A stretch of DNA of 64,000 bases from the human T2T-CHM13v2.0 reference genome, Homo sapiens, in the NCBI RefSeq assembly GCF_009914755.1, contig NC_060934.1. One strand, given 5' to 3'. Positions 1 to 52,536 of this stretch are shown one piece after another (the stretch's first letter is position 1; the number at the start of each line of letters is the position of its first letter). The notes beneath the pieces were generated by a model. It ran no database searches. It had not been told where the DNA came from and worked only from the letters and a program-made list of their open reading frames with translations. Both the position numbers and the translations under genes were made by a program.

Positions 1-1570
<1,570 letters not shown>

Positions 1571-1679
1571 GTGGGTGCCAGGCTTTTATCATATCGACTC
1601 TGCCATCTTTTCCTCCTGCTCATGCTATCATGGATTGATGCCTTTTGCCCACAAAGCCTCTTAAAGTTGTGTAATCAGA

Positions 1680-2143
<464 letters not shown>

Positions 2144-3119
2144 GTTTCATCATCATTGCTGATGGTAACTTTCCTGAAAACACTAATATTTGTGCCAAAG
2201 ATGCTATCTCTTAATTCTTCCAAGGAAGTGAGCTTTAGGTGCTCAGGTCAATGAATAAATGAATAGAATGGTTAGTCAGGGTCCCAGCAAGAAAGAAAAT
2301 CTAACTCAGATATCTCAAGAGAGTATAACCAAAAGACTATTTACAGCAGCATGGCCAGGTTAGGGCCACCAAAAAGTGAGGAACCCAGAAATTAACTTCA
2401 GTAGGCAGCCTTTTCCACCCTAGATCTGAGGAAGCAAAGGCAGAAAATAATGTTACCATAGCCCACTAAGTGCTAGGGCCAGGGTGGGAGTCACATAAGA
2501 GAAACATGTAATGATCCAGGAGGTCAGATGCTCCTCATTGACTGTGAATTTTATTAGGAAAACAGCATCATTTGTAGGTTGCAGGTTTAAAGTTTTTACT
2601 ACATCCTATAGAGCAGCAGTGCAACCTTACAGAATATTATCTCCCTGCTGCCACCTTAACTGAGTGGGCAATGGGCCATCCCATTGTCTATCATACTAGC
2701 TGCTTCCTGAAGTGGGGTCTGGTGACAACACCAGTGAAGTCCAAGGGCATGCCTGAGCCCACAGCCACACTTCTGCTGTAAAATAAGTTCCTTGGTAGAA
2801 GGTGATATTATATAGATTGTAACAGAGAAGGTTGGAAAAGGGTCTTGGGTCAAATGGAAAAAATAGTGCAATGACCTTCTTCTCAGCCCCAGCTATCCTG
2901 TCCCACGGGCCCTCAGACAGAGTTGCTTGTGTCAGGCTGCAAGCCTAAAGTAGCTACTCCAGCTCTTGACCCTGACCCCTCTAATCATAGGGCTAAAACC
3001 CCACCCAAGTGGTCAAAATGACATTTCAGCTACCTTTTCCACAGAATTTACTTCTAACCCTTCTCTCAAATCCCCAAGCCTTCACCCAAATAATTAAACA
3101 ACGAAATGAACTCCTCTTT

Positions 3120-3263
3120 AAACCAGGCATGGTATAATGTGCCTGTAGTCCCAGCCACTTGGGAGGCTAAGGAAAGAGGATCTTTTGAGCCCAGGAGTTT
3201 GAGTCCAGCCTGGGAAACATAGTGAAACCCTATCTCTAACGACAACAACAACAACAACAAAAA
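3120..3263 (+). mobile_element. FLAM/Alu monomer with (CAA)n tail
   Basis: Alu monomer motifs. Confidence 0.8.
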
Positions 3264-4364
3264 GTAATCTCTTCCTTGACTGCATACCAAAGCTCCTGTG
3301 CATATCAACCGAGGCAAGGAGAAGCAGTACCTGGAGAGGGTGGGGGTTGTTTCGGAACCTCAGCTCAGCCAGGGGCAATGGAGCTGGGGGCGGAGGTGGC
3401 AATGCTGTATGACTTCTCTCACTACCAACTCCTAAACTCCAGCCACAGACGCCTGTTACACTTGGACCCAAGCAGTCCTACATAAGCCATGAGTCACAGT
3501 GCTCATGTTGGTACCTGTTCACAGAATGTGAGTTCTGCAAGCAGCATTTCTCTTATCTTCATTACTGATGCCGAAGGATGGAGAAAAGTCAAAGGCCTGA
3601 ATCTGTTTTTTTCTCTCATCTGTTGTCTATCTCTGGGGCTGCCCACTGTAGGCATGTTACTGACAGCAACATGGGATGGGCCTTCTCCATCACATCTCCA
3701 AGTGGTTTCGCCATTTCAATTTCTTCCTACATACTGGGCTTGCTCATTGCTCATCCCAAACTTCAGGTATTAAGAATATTGCCATAGACATTCCTTTATG
3801 AGGTGATCATATATTTGGATATGGTAAAAATAATTAATACTAGAAGATGGATCCACAGGGAAAAGGGCAGTCAGTTATGTCTGAAACCTAAGAAAGGATT
3901 TGGCTGTGTTTTCCAGGGATGTAAGGATAATAGTATATAGAAGAGAACACCTAGGCCAAATTGTTGGTTAGAACACCTAGGCCATCTCCTTGGTTCATTT
4001 TTTTAGTGTCTTGCTATCTGTCCTGAATCTTGGAACCACTGCTCTAAAAGAGGTCTGAAAAATTTTGCCTTCAAGGCTCACCTTTACATAAAATTCACTA
4101 TGGCTGAAACGAAACTCATATTCCTTCTTGTTTCTGTCTTGGGTTTTCTCTCAGATTGGTAGTGCCGAGGCTTGAAACATTAGAGAAATGTTCGATGTTT
4201 TTCTTTCCCTTTTCTTTCCCCTCTTCTTCACTAAGCATGGGACAGTTATTCATTGTGTCTTTTAAGTACATCTCTTTATTGCCAGCCCCCATGTGGGGAT
4301 GTCTTGGCAGTTGTGTATGTTGGCCTGAACCTCAGGAGAAAAATCTCAGCCAGAGATGTAAATT

Positions 4365-4615
4365 CGGGAGGCCGAGGCAGGGGGATTGCTTGAGCCCAGC
4401 AGTTTGAGACCAGCAACATAGCAAGACCCCATCTCTAAAAAAATGTTTTAAAAATTAGTTAGGCGTGGTGATGCATGCCTGCAGTTCCAGCTACTCAAAG
4501 GCTGAGGTAGGAGGATTACTTCTTGAGCTCAGAAGTTAGAGACCACCCTGGGCAGCATAGCAATATCCCATCTCTTAAAAAAAAAGAAAAGAAAAGAAAA
4601 GAAAAAGAAAGAGAG
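4365..4615 (+). mobile_element. AluJ-like
   Basis: Diverged Alu dimer with A/(GAAAA)n tail. Confidence 0.8.
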
Positions 4616-4758
4616 GAAATGGCCAAGAGATGGAGGAAATCCAAGAGAAAATGATATTGCCAAAGTACGTCAACAGTATTACAGGTTGCAAGAGATAGCC
4701 CTGGATTTATTGATGAAGTTTTTGTTTTTGTATTTATCTTGGTGTGAATAGCACAGTG

Positions 4759-5285
4759 CAATGGTTCTCACACTTTTTGGTTGTACAAATTATAGTATAC
4801 TCTTAAAAATCATTGAGGACCTGAAAGAGCTTTTGATTGTAAGAACCCCAAAGAGATTACATCTCTTATTTATCCTACTAGAAATTAAAACTGAGAAAAT
4901 TTCAAACATGTTAATTTACTTAAAAACAATAATAAACCTATTACCAGTTAATAGAAATGTTTATGAAAATAACTACTTTAAAACAGAACAAAATTGAGAA
5001 CAGTGGCAATGTTTTACATTTTAGGAAATCCCTTTAATATCTGGCTTAATATCATAGAAAACCAGTAAGTTCACATATCTTGTTCTGCCTTCAATCTGTT
5101 TTGCTATTACATGTTATTAATATATAGCCTCTGGAAAACTCCATTATATTATCATCAGAGAATGTGCATGAAAAAATAACATATTAACTATGAAAATAGT
5201 TTGATCTTGCAACCCCCCTGAAAGGTTTTCAGGGATTTCTAGGGATCTCGGGACCCCAGGGCAGGAGAGCTTGACAATACTGTGA
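4759..5285 (-). mobile_element. hAT-Charlie (Charlie1-like) DNA transposon remnant
   Basis: Terminal caatggttctcacactttttgg...cttaaaaatcattgaggac and tatgaaaatagtttgat...ccccctgaaagg resemble the two Charlie1 ends. Confidence 0.6.
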
Positions 5286-5419
5286 ACCTCATAAATAAGA
5301 TCTTTTTGTCATAATGAAAAGTAAGCTAGATAGACTTGACTGAAGTTTCAAGGGCTATCTGATGAGAAGTGGAGGTTGTTTCATTGACATTATTCTCTAA
5401 GGTTAGGAATGGACTCTAC

Positions 5420-5740
5420 AACATTCATTCAATTAATTCATTCAGCATACATTTATTTAGCACATATTATGTGCCATGAAGTACTCTAGATACTGAAGAC
5501 ATACCAGTAGACAAAACAAAATATCCTTGCCTTCATGAGACTTCTAATAAAGTAGTAAAATATATAGTGTATCAGAGAGTGGTTAAATCCTATGCAGAAA
5601 AACAATGTAAAGAGGTCTAGAGAATGCTGGAGGGATTTGCATATTTCAGTAGAATGGACAGGGAAGGCCTCTTTAAGAATGCAACATTTGAGCGAAGACC
5701 TGAAGGAGGAGAAGCCATTGGGATATCTTTTGAAAGGGCT
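5420..5740 (-). mobile_element. L2 3' end
   Basis: cattcattc...tttatttagcac...tgtgcc...agacaaaacaaaatatccttgccttcatg, typical of an L2 tail. Confidence 0.6.
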
Positions 5741-6763
5741 TTTCCAGCTATTTAACAAATTAATTTCTTAACATTTGAAATTTTATTTATATGTAGTCTT
5801 TAATCAAATATCCATTGTATATGACATTAGCTGCAGGTATAAGGAAATAAGACAAGAGAACTGAGGTTTATTGAGTGCCTGCCATGTACCAGGCACTGTG
5901 CTAAGTATTATGAATGAGGTTTGGTACCTTCACTAAGATTTACAACTTAATGCAGGAGGCAAGGTGTAGACATACACTTCCTGCAGTATGGGTGTAGCAG
6001 TTCTTATGAGGAAGGAGAGTTGACTTGAAGTTGCACCGCCAGAAGTAATGCACCTGACCTACCTGAAGTCTACGCCTCCCTTTCAAGATGAATTAGGGTG
6101 CAGAGGGTGCTCTCCACTATAACAGAGGGGAAGCCAGCAAGATAATACCTGATCACACCTTTTATAGAGCACTTTGGTTAACAACATGTCTTCACAAATT
6201 AACTCACTTAACCTTCATAACAATAAGAAGCAGATGTTCTAAGAAGTGTTACTGTGTCTCTCAGAGATGGAGAAAGGCTAAGAAAGCTGGGTAGTATGAC
6301 AAGGCAGTTATAAGGTAGAGCTGGACCTAAATTTAAGATAATCTGCTTCAAGCACAGTGCTTTTCCCACCGCAGTGCAGCTGTTATGAGCAGCTGCCGAA
6401 ATAAAACAGCTTGATATTCTCCTGACTGAGTCCTCCCACTGACTCAAAAGGAGGGTTAGGTTGAGGTTGGGGCGGAGCTAGACCTCAAGAAGAAGCCAAC
6501 AAAGTCACACACAGCGCTCCCCACCTGCGCTTGCGCAGGGGAGGAACACGCAGTCCGGAAAAACGCCGGGGATTCTGGGTCGCGCAGCCGTGGAGCTACC
6601 TCAAGGCGGAACTGGGGAGTCCAGGGCTTCGGCAGCCTGAACACCCGGTGTGAAAGGAAGGTGGCAGACGTGGAGCGGCGCGCATGCGCAGCAGCTCACT
6701 CTGCTGAAGGGCTGAGAGGCGCACCCGGGCGGCCAGCTGGGCTCGGAGCGGAACGGGGTCAGG

Positions 6764-40445
<33,682 letters not shown>

Positions 40446-43400
40446 ACTCTGGGAAATTCCATCTCTTGCATATTTGATCAGATAGTGACATCTTTCTGTA
40501 TATAAACTCTTTAACTGCTATTTTAGGGACCTTGCAGTTTGCACATAATTGTTTTATATCATAGCAGTAAATATTTGCAAGAAATCCCACTCATCGACCC
40601 CGGGTAAAATGTTATGGTAAGCATGCACAGTTTGCAGTCTACAGTTTTTTTATGTAGCACAAAATAGGTGTACCTTTATAAGTACATTCAATTTTATGAT
40701 TTACATTTATCATGTAATTTTTAAAAAAATCCATCTATCTAGGATATGTTGATACAAAGTCTGCTTTTGCTATTCTTTTTGCTTAAATACTCCTATCATT
40801 TTCTGAATTACTTGGTATTTAGAACTCCTAGCACCACGGGGAAGAATAGAGGTATCATCAAACGTGGCAAATTTTCTTTCAGGAATAATAAAGAGCATGA
40901 TTCCACAGCTTTTCTGGGATGTTTGAGATTCTTTTTTAGTACTAAGCAAAATTCTCATCACAGAATGTAGCCCAGGCCAATTTATAACTAAATCTCTATT
41001 TGTTCGGATGATGCTTCTAAAACAGCATTGATAGGTTAAAGAAGCTTGGTATTTTTAATTTACTTCAATGATTAGCTCAGTTGCTTAACTGGAGTTTTAA
41101 TCCTGTGATATGTACATTGGATTCATGACTGTGCAGCATTTTTAGTTATGTGGTGTTTGGCAGAATGACAATAAGGTTTTCCCCCATTTTGGTTTCAGGA
41201 GGACATGAATAGTGTGTTTATTGTAACTCCTCATACACTTTTAAAACCAACATCTTTTTTCATAAATGTTGGTAGTGTTTGTCCAGGTACCTTAACTGTA
41301 GCTTGTGTAATGTTGATGAATATCTGTATCTTACGGCTTCCATAATGGCTAGTTGATATTCAAAAACCTATTTCTGTGTTTTGAGGGGTGGGGAAAAAAA
41401 ACACTAAGTGATAATTTGAAAAAGGCATATTGCTTCCAGATTCTGATGTGTGAGGGAAAATACTGTCACAATGAAAATCTTGACAATTTACTTAACAAGT
41501 AACCAGTAGTTCATCAAAACCAACTTGTACAGACTAATAAATCTTTTTCACAGTATTCAGTTTTCTCACCTCTTGCTATTGTATATTGTAGATTTTTTTC
41601 ATTCATGTGTTATTTAATTTACACTGATCTCTGCTATTTTAACCCCCCAAATAAGTTATTTGTCCTTTAAGGTTGGTTACTATAATACCCCTCAGTAAGA
41701 TTCCAGTATTAATTTCTGGGCAGTTTGTTCTCTGTATACAATTGCAAATGATAAGCATTTTTGTGAGTGACCACCTTTGCAATATGTTTGTTAATTTACT
41801 TCATGTTGGGTTCTTTCTGAAATGTACATCTTTACATATAAAAACCTCACATTCTACTTGATTTACACTTCCTAGTCTACATTACATGTGGTTGAAGGTT
41901 TTATACATTCTATATGCTTTTACTAAATATACAAGATTTACTACTAGAAATTTGGAGAAAGAACACTAACACATGTACTTGTGATTTGTTCATGTTATAT
42001 TAAAACTTGAGATTTGTGTATTTATGTAGAGTCTGTATTGACAAGACTGTTGTTTTTTGCTCCTTGAGCTATATAATAATCTGTGTATTGGATTGTTGTC
42101 TTGATTTGGTCTAAATTTGAATATATATGAGTTACTTGAATATAACAAAAATGAATTTTGTTTGATAGATTTATATTGTAACCTTTTTCTAGTTCTTGAA
42201 TAAATATAGCCTGCTTTCCCTAGATGCATTTGTGTAGGAAGTATATACATTTCCCTATTACTCTCATCAGCTGAAGAATATGTACTATTGTGTTACTCAA
42301 ATTATGTGGCTTTCATTTTGTTGTTTTGTTGCAAGCTTAGTGTTTTGTAGTGGAGGTTTTGTAAATGAAACAGTTGTAATATCTAAGGTCAGGCACCTAG
42401 TAACAGGGTTTTGTTAATTCTTTTCAGAATCATTGAAGCAGTCTTAAAGGGTCTTTTGCAGATGGTACAAATTAGAACAATTAGAATATAGTATTTTGAG
42501 TTCTAGTAGTACTGAGATTGACCCAAACAAATAAAAAACTATTCAATTTCTGAGTAATAGTTAATATTTATTGAAAGCTTCCTTGGTGCCAGATGCCTTT
42601 CTAAGTGCTGAATTATCTCATTAAACCTCACAGCAACCTTAAGAGATTAGTACTCCTATTATGCCCATTTTAAAGGTGAGGACAACACAATGTAGGTATG
42701 TTAGGTAACCCCCAAAGATCACATAGCTACTCAGTCACTGAGCTGGATTCCAGTCATGGCATTTTTACTTCTGAGCCCATACTCTTCACCATCGCTCATT
42801 TTACAATGGGTAGTTAGTTACCAGCTTTTTGTAACACAACCAAGTTAAGGCAGTTCCACTATTTCTTTATCACTCTTTTGTTATATGTAATAGAAGTATT
42901 TCACACTTTTGGGTTATAGAGTAAATCCCATGATGTAAACCTACCTCATAAGTCATGTGACATAAAAGTTAAGGTAGTGGAGTAGGTGGTCTTATTTCTT
43001 TCACCTGCTCAGAGTGGACTGAAAATCCTGACTTAGAAAAGGTACAAAGTTAGGGGACTTATGGTACCTTCACTTTTTATGTGAGAATAGAAATTATGGA
43101 AACAGTAATTTGCTCAAAACTGAAATCTGGGGTGATGTTTTCATTTCATGTATTTGATTGCCATCCATAAACTCATACTTGGTGTTGACATTCTAGCTGA
43201 GTGTTGTGGAAATAGACTTGATTTTGATTCATCGTAGCTTGCATGGTCAAGAGACATGATTCTCTACTAAGGGTGGGGCTAGCACCATAGCTCATAAAAG
43301 AATCCTTCTTACACCAGTACTTGTTCTGCCTGTGAGTTGGCACAGACTTACCTAATAACCATAGTGTCTTTAAGTACAACTTAATACATATTTTTTCTGT

Positions 43401-44635
43401 GTATTTTTTTCAAATGAACTCAACAATTCTTCAGGTATTATAGATCAGAGATCCTCTCCATATTCAAGCATTATGCTTCTCTTTCTTGGGGGTACATTTC
43501 ACTAGTAATACTTAGGAAGTTATTTTGTCTTTCCTGTATTTCCCTAGTTAAGTATAGGGGTAAAAACGTTATTCAGCTTTCAGAAGACATTGTTCTGACT
43601 CCGACCCTGCCGTGTATACTCAACTATATAGACTTCACCCTGGGTTTTGCCTAAACTGTTGAAAGACGAGAATAAATAGACATAGACAGGCTAGCTAAGT
43701 CAAGACTAGGGGCTAAGGAATATAGAATCACCCAGGTCTTTTTTTTTTTTTTTAATTTTTCTCTCCTCAGTTGGGAACATCTATCATGCTGGAGGACTAC
43801 TGTGATGGGGCTTTACATTTTACTGTTTTGTTGCTAGCTTATTGTTTCATACTTGGGAATCAGTCATGTTTCTGATTGTGGTATAAAGTTTGCTTAAGTG
43901 CCCCTTAGTTAAAGCTGTTCGATGAATGCAAGCACACACACACCTACACACATATTTTGAATAGTCGTGTGTTCATGCCTGTTCTCAGTCTTGTCCCCTT
44001 TACCGTTTCTCATGCAGGTTATTTCTTGCTTTTTTTTTTTTTCCTCTTTTTTAACCGGAGAAGCAACAAATTACGTAGTTTTTTTTGTGTTTCTTTGATT
44101 ACTAGTGAGCTTGAGTACTTTTAATATTTTATTGGATATGATTGTGACTGACTTTAATTTCTTGTTTGTGTGTGCTGTGGCTGCCCGATCCAGCACCTAC
44201 TTCCTTCTCCCACCATACCACCCCCACCCCCACCCCTGCAAACAATTGGCATGTGGTTTGGGTGGCATTGTCACACCCTCGGCTTTCTAGATTAACCCAG
44301 TTACCTTTTAGCAGTGCCCCACTTCCCCAGTAGCAATGGTTCAGGGGTAGGCACCTGACCCAGACCAGACTACTGAGATAAAGATGTTTGCCTAGGCTTT
44401 TTCAGGAGCAATTGAAGACATCTTGTTGGAGATAGTGTGCTGGGAGGAGTCACATTCTGAACTTGCTGCAGCTCGTTTTTCTAATATAAAGGAACCAGCC
44501 TGAGGCAGTACCAGGGTGAGAGGGAGTCTATTGGAGCCCTTGGGAACTTCTGGATCAAATTGGACCTGAATTGAGATCTATTTCTCAGCTTTCACTTATG
44601 TGAGCCAATAAATTCCTTTTTTGTTGAAGGCAATT
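40446..44635 (+). other. RAB18: RAB18 3'UTR (long form, with alternative poly(A) sites)
   Basis: AT-rich and Alu-free after the stop; AATAAA at 40887, 41536, 42199, 42530 and 44607; 3' end inferred from the most distal of these. Confidence 0.65.
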
Positions 44636-44670
44636 TGACTTGGATTTTCTTTTTTCTTGCAACCAAATAT
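44170..44670 (+). mobile_element. MLT1-type (ERVL-MaLR) LTR remnant
   Basis: ...ttatgtgagccaataaattcctttt...ttggattttct...ttgcaacca resembles an MLT1 3' end. Confidence 0.55.
44607..44612 (+). terminator. Distal poly(A) signal inside an MLT1-like LTR
   Basis: tgagccAATAAAttcc followed by T/GT-rich sequence. Confidence 0.55.
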
Positions 44671-45126
44671 AAGTAGTGTGAGAATGTGTGTGTTTTTCTT
44701 ATTTACAGAGGTGCTCGTACGTCAAGTTAGTTACATCAGTAATAGATTGTTTGCATAAGGAAGAAAAAAAGTAAACCACTTGAAAAGCCACTACTCTTAA
44801 ATAACTATTAACATTTTAGTGAGAATACTTTTACGTATTTCTTTATGGATATATACATAGAAAACTGTAAATGAGTTAACTTCATACATATATGATGTGG
44901 TTTCTTTTCATTTCCTCTGTCACCCGAGCATGCCCTCTCGTTCCTCTCCTCCCTGAGGTATCTGTTGCATCCTAGCCATATGCTCTTTCTGCATTTCTCG
45001 ATGTTTATAATCATAGGCAAATACATATAGATACATATATATTTATATATAGTTACAGTTTTCTTTAAATATATATTATAAATTGGAACCATCTGTATAT
45101 TCATCTCTGCATGTTGTTTTTCTTTG

Positions 45127-46351
<1,225 letters not shown>

Positions 46352-47777
46352 TGAAATGATTATTTATATCCTTTGCCAGTTTCTCTGTTCAGTTTTTTGT
46401 GGTTTTATTATATGAGCTGTTTGTATACTACAGATATTAATCTAAATGTGTATGTTATAAGCATTTTTTCAAACCTAAGCCTTTTTAAATTTTGTTTATA
46501 CTGTATTTTCCTTACAATTAAAAAAAATGTTTTATTGCTTCTGGGCTCCTCACCTCTTAAATTTGACATAGTTTCCTTAACCTCTTATGAGATTTTTATT
46601 TTATTTTTTCTTTTAAAATCTTGAATCCCTTGGAATTCACTTGTTTATGGCACAGGATAAGGAGCCATCTCATTCTTCTTCATACATGTAGCTTGTTGTT
46701 CTGCACAAAACATGAAATGAGCCTGCCTTTTCCTACTGAGCTGAAGTACTGCTATTGCCCTAGATGAAATTCCCATAAGTACTGTAATCTACTTTGACCT
46801 TCTATTTTAGGGGCTCTTAACCTTGGAAAGTAATGTATTTTAGTATAATTGGTTTTTCTTTAATCCTGTGTATTTTATGTTTTAAAAAACATTCTTAAAA
46901 TAGCTCTGCAGGTTTCATCAGACTGCCACAGGGGTTTGGTAAAGCAAAAGTCTTGATCATGGCTTTAGATAACAGAAAACATAGTATATGGCTTGTAAGG
47001 CAAATCCTTCTACGTGCTTTATTTTTTTTCTTCACATATGAATCTTCAAAATGATCCCTCACCCGTTTTTCCTTTTGGTGGGTCCTTTAAAAAATATTCA
47101 TATGAAGGAGGTTTATTTCTTTTAATGGAATATGGTTACTAATCTTTTGTCATTAATATGTATTGCTGACATCTTCACCCAGTGACTTGTCTTTTGAATT
47201 TGTTTGAAGTTTTGCATCCTTAAAAGTTTTAAAAACCAAAAATTTAATTTTTAGTTAGTTTTTTAAAATCAGGATTCTAATTAGGATTACATGATATTCC
47301 TGCATTAATTGTGAGAAAACTGATAATTTAGTTACAAGACTTGCCATGAGGATACATGGGGTATCTTTCTGTATTCAGATTCTATGTTTTTAGTGGTTTA
47401 TGGTTTTCTTCACATAGGACCTATACCTTCTTTATTAAAATTATCCCTATGAATTTTGTTTTGTCAGTGTGAATAGAACGTAGGTTTTCTTCATTTCAGA
47501 ATTCTGTGTAGTTGTCACTAATAAAGAAAAGCTATAGACTTTTCTAAGTTTATTGAGACACCTAATTAATTTCTTTCATTTGGTACTTTGGTTTAACTAG
47601 GGTTTCTTTCATTTTCTAGGCAAAATAGCAAAAATGCAATTTGTAATTTTTCAGTGTTTATGTTTACTGCCTTAGATGAAATTCCCATAAGTACTGTAAT
47701 CTACTTTGATTACATAAGGCTACATCTTGATGAGTTTTAATAAATATATGCACTTGTATAAATACTATCACAATCAA

Positions 47778-49448
<1,671 letters not shown>

Positions 49449-50302
49449 AATCATTTGTTTTTTAACTATTAAATTTAATTATTTCACTTTTGTGTGGACG
49501 GCATTATTAATCCTTTATGGCTTTCGTGTTTCCCTTTTAGTTAAGAAGGCAACCCCATCCCAAGGTTATACAGCCATTCTCAAACATTTTTTTCCTACTA
49601 TGTTCATAGTTTTGTTGTTTGCTTATTTGTCTTCACATTTTATTATGTAATCCATCTGGAATTTATTTGTGTTTATGGTGTTTTTATGATGTTTATTTTC
49701 TTCCAGGCAGATAGCAAACTGTGCCAACACAATTTAATCTTTTCTCCCCTGAATAGAAATTCCATAACTTGTTGATTTATTCAGCAAAGATTTATTTCAG
49801 ACCTCCTATTTGCCAGGCATGGTTCTAAGTCCTAGGGATAGAATGGTGAATAAATCGGAGTCAATGTCCTCATGTTAGTATATGTAGTAGGGTGGAAAAG
49901 AGAGTAAAAAGATTAATTACATGATTTTGAAATAAGAGTGGGAAGAAAATAGACCACACTAACTGGATAAAAAGTGTTTCAGTCTGAAGCAAGTCCTCTC
50001 TGGGCAAGTGACATTTGAGCAGAGACTCTAGTCAATAAGAAAAGATGTTGCTACGCATACGCCTACGTGTGGGAGAAGAGAGTTTACTGGAGAAGGACTG
50101 GCAAATGTGAAAGGGCCTGAGCAGATCCTGCTTGGTGAGTTCAGGGAATAACAAGGCCAGTGTTTATGTAGCACAGAAAGCGAGCAGGAGGGTGGTAGAA
50201 GAAGGAAGCAGGAGTCAGAACATGTAGATCCTTTGTGGAGTTTGGATGTTATGCTGAGTGTGATGGGAAACCACTGAAGAGCTTTAAATACAGAAGTTAC
50301 AA

Positions 50303-51330
50303 ACAGCAAAACATGATCCCATTAAAAAGTGGGCAAAGGATCTGAGTAAACTTTTCTCAAAAGAAGACATACAAATGGCCAATAGGTATATGAAAAAGAA
50401 ATGCTCAACATCAGTAATCATCAGGGAAATGCAAATCAAAACCATAATGAGATATTATTTCACACGTTTTAGAATGGCAATTATCAAAAAGACAAAAATA
50501 AATGCTGGTGAGGATGCAGAGAAAAGGGAACTCTTCTGCACTGTTGGTGGAAATGTAAATTAGCACAGCGACCATGGAATGGAGATTTCTCAAAAAAACT
50601 AACAATAGAACTACCATTTGATCCAGCAATTCCACCACTGGGTATTTATTCAAAGGAAAAAAAATCAGGCTATGAAAGGAATATCTGCATTCCGGTGTTT
50701 ATTGTGGCACTATTCACAATAGCCAAAATATGGAATCAACCTAAGTGTCTATCAGTGGATGAATGGATAAAGAAAGAGGAATACTATTAGACCATAAAAA
50801 AGAATGAAATCATTTGCAGCAACATGGTTGGAACTGGAGGTTATTATGTTAAGTGAAATAAACAAGGCACAGAAGGACAAATATTGAATGTTCTCACTCA
50901 TATGTGGGAGCTAAAAAAGTTGACCTAACAGAGGTAGAGAGTAGAATGATAGTTACCAGAGGCTGGAAAGGGAAGATGGGCAAGAGGATGAAGAGAAGTT
51001 GGTTAAGGGTTACAAAAATACAGATAGAAGAAATAATTTCTAATGTTCAATAGCACAGTAGGGTGACTATAGTTAACACTATATTATTGTATATTTCAAG
51101 ATAGCTAGAAGAGGGGATTTTGAATGTTCTCACCACAAAGAAATGATAAATGCTTGAGGTGATGGGTAGTCTGAATAATCAGATAACTTGATTATTGCAC
51201 ATTTTATACATGTATGAAAATGTCACTTGTTTTCCATAAATACATACAAAAATTATGTACCAATAAAAAAGTTCTCACCACAGAAAAATAAGTACATGAA
51301 GTGGTGGATATGTTAACTAGCATGACTAAG
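50303..51330 (+). mobile_element. L1MA-like 3' end
   Basis: [23 protein letters not shown] is L1 ORF2 C-terminus; L1MA-type 3'UTR follows. Confidence 0.88.
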
Positions 51331-52080
51331 AAAAAACAAAGGAATTGTATTATTTAGGATTAGGTTTGGGTGTATATTAACTGAAAATTCAGAATAATAA
51401 TTGTTTAAATATGCAAGGATTTGTTTTCTCATACCAGAGAAGTCCAAAAATGATCATTCAGGACTGTTGAGAGTGACTCTATTGGCCATTTCTATCCATC
51501 CTCAAGACTACCTCATGGTCCAAAGTGGCTGCAGGGTGGGAGAGCTCTGTTTATCACATCCATATTCCAGGCAGCAGAAAAGAGAGGAAGACAAAAGGGC
51601 ACACTCTCTACTGAGTCAGTTGTCTTTTGGGGGAACTTCCTGAAGATACACGTATACCATTCCCATTTATTTCACTGGCTGGAATGTAATCTCCTGGCCA
51701 CACCTAACAAAAAAAGCTAGAAAATATAGTCTAGGTTAGGCACATTGCTGTCTCCAGTGGCAGTAAGGAAGAAGTGTTAGGTGGTTATTAGGAAGATAAT
51801 TAACCAACTTTGCCATAGAAGTAATGTGATCTGATACTTGTTTCAAAATATTTGCTAAACTGGTATTTGGGAGTAAGAGTGAAAGGAGATCTATGAGGAG
51901 GGTGTTGCTTAAGTCTAACGAAGGGATGATGGTGGATTGGACTAAGGGTGGTAGTGAGAAGTGGTCAGATCCAAGATGTATTCTAAAGGTAAATACAATA
52001 AGACCTGCTAAGAGACTGGATGAGGAAAAGAGAGGAATCAAAGGATGATTCCTGGTTGTTTAGCATTAGCAACTGGGTAA

Positions 52081-52536
<456 letters not shown>

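Noticed and set aside
3944-3984. 15-bp direct repeat agaacacctaggcca; also the tandem duplications considered as CRISPR-like
   Set aside because: Only two copies, no spacer array, eukaryotic context; simple local duplication
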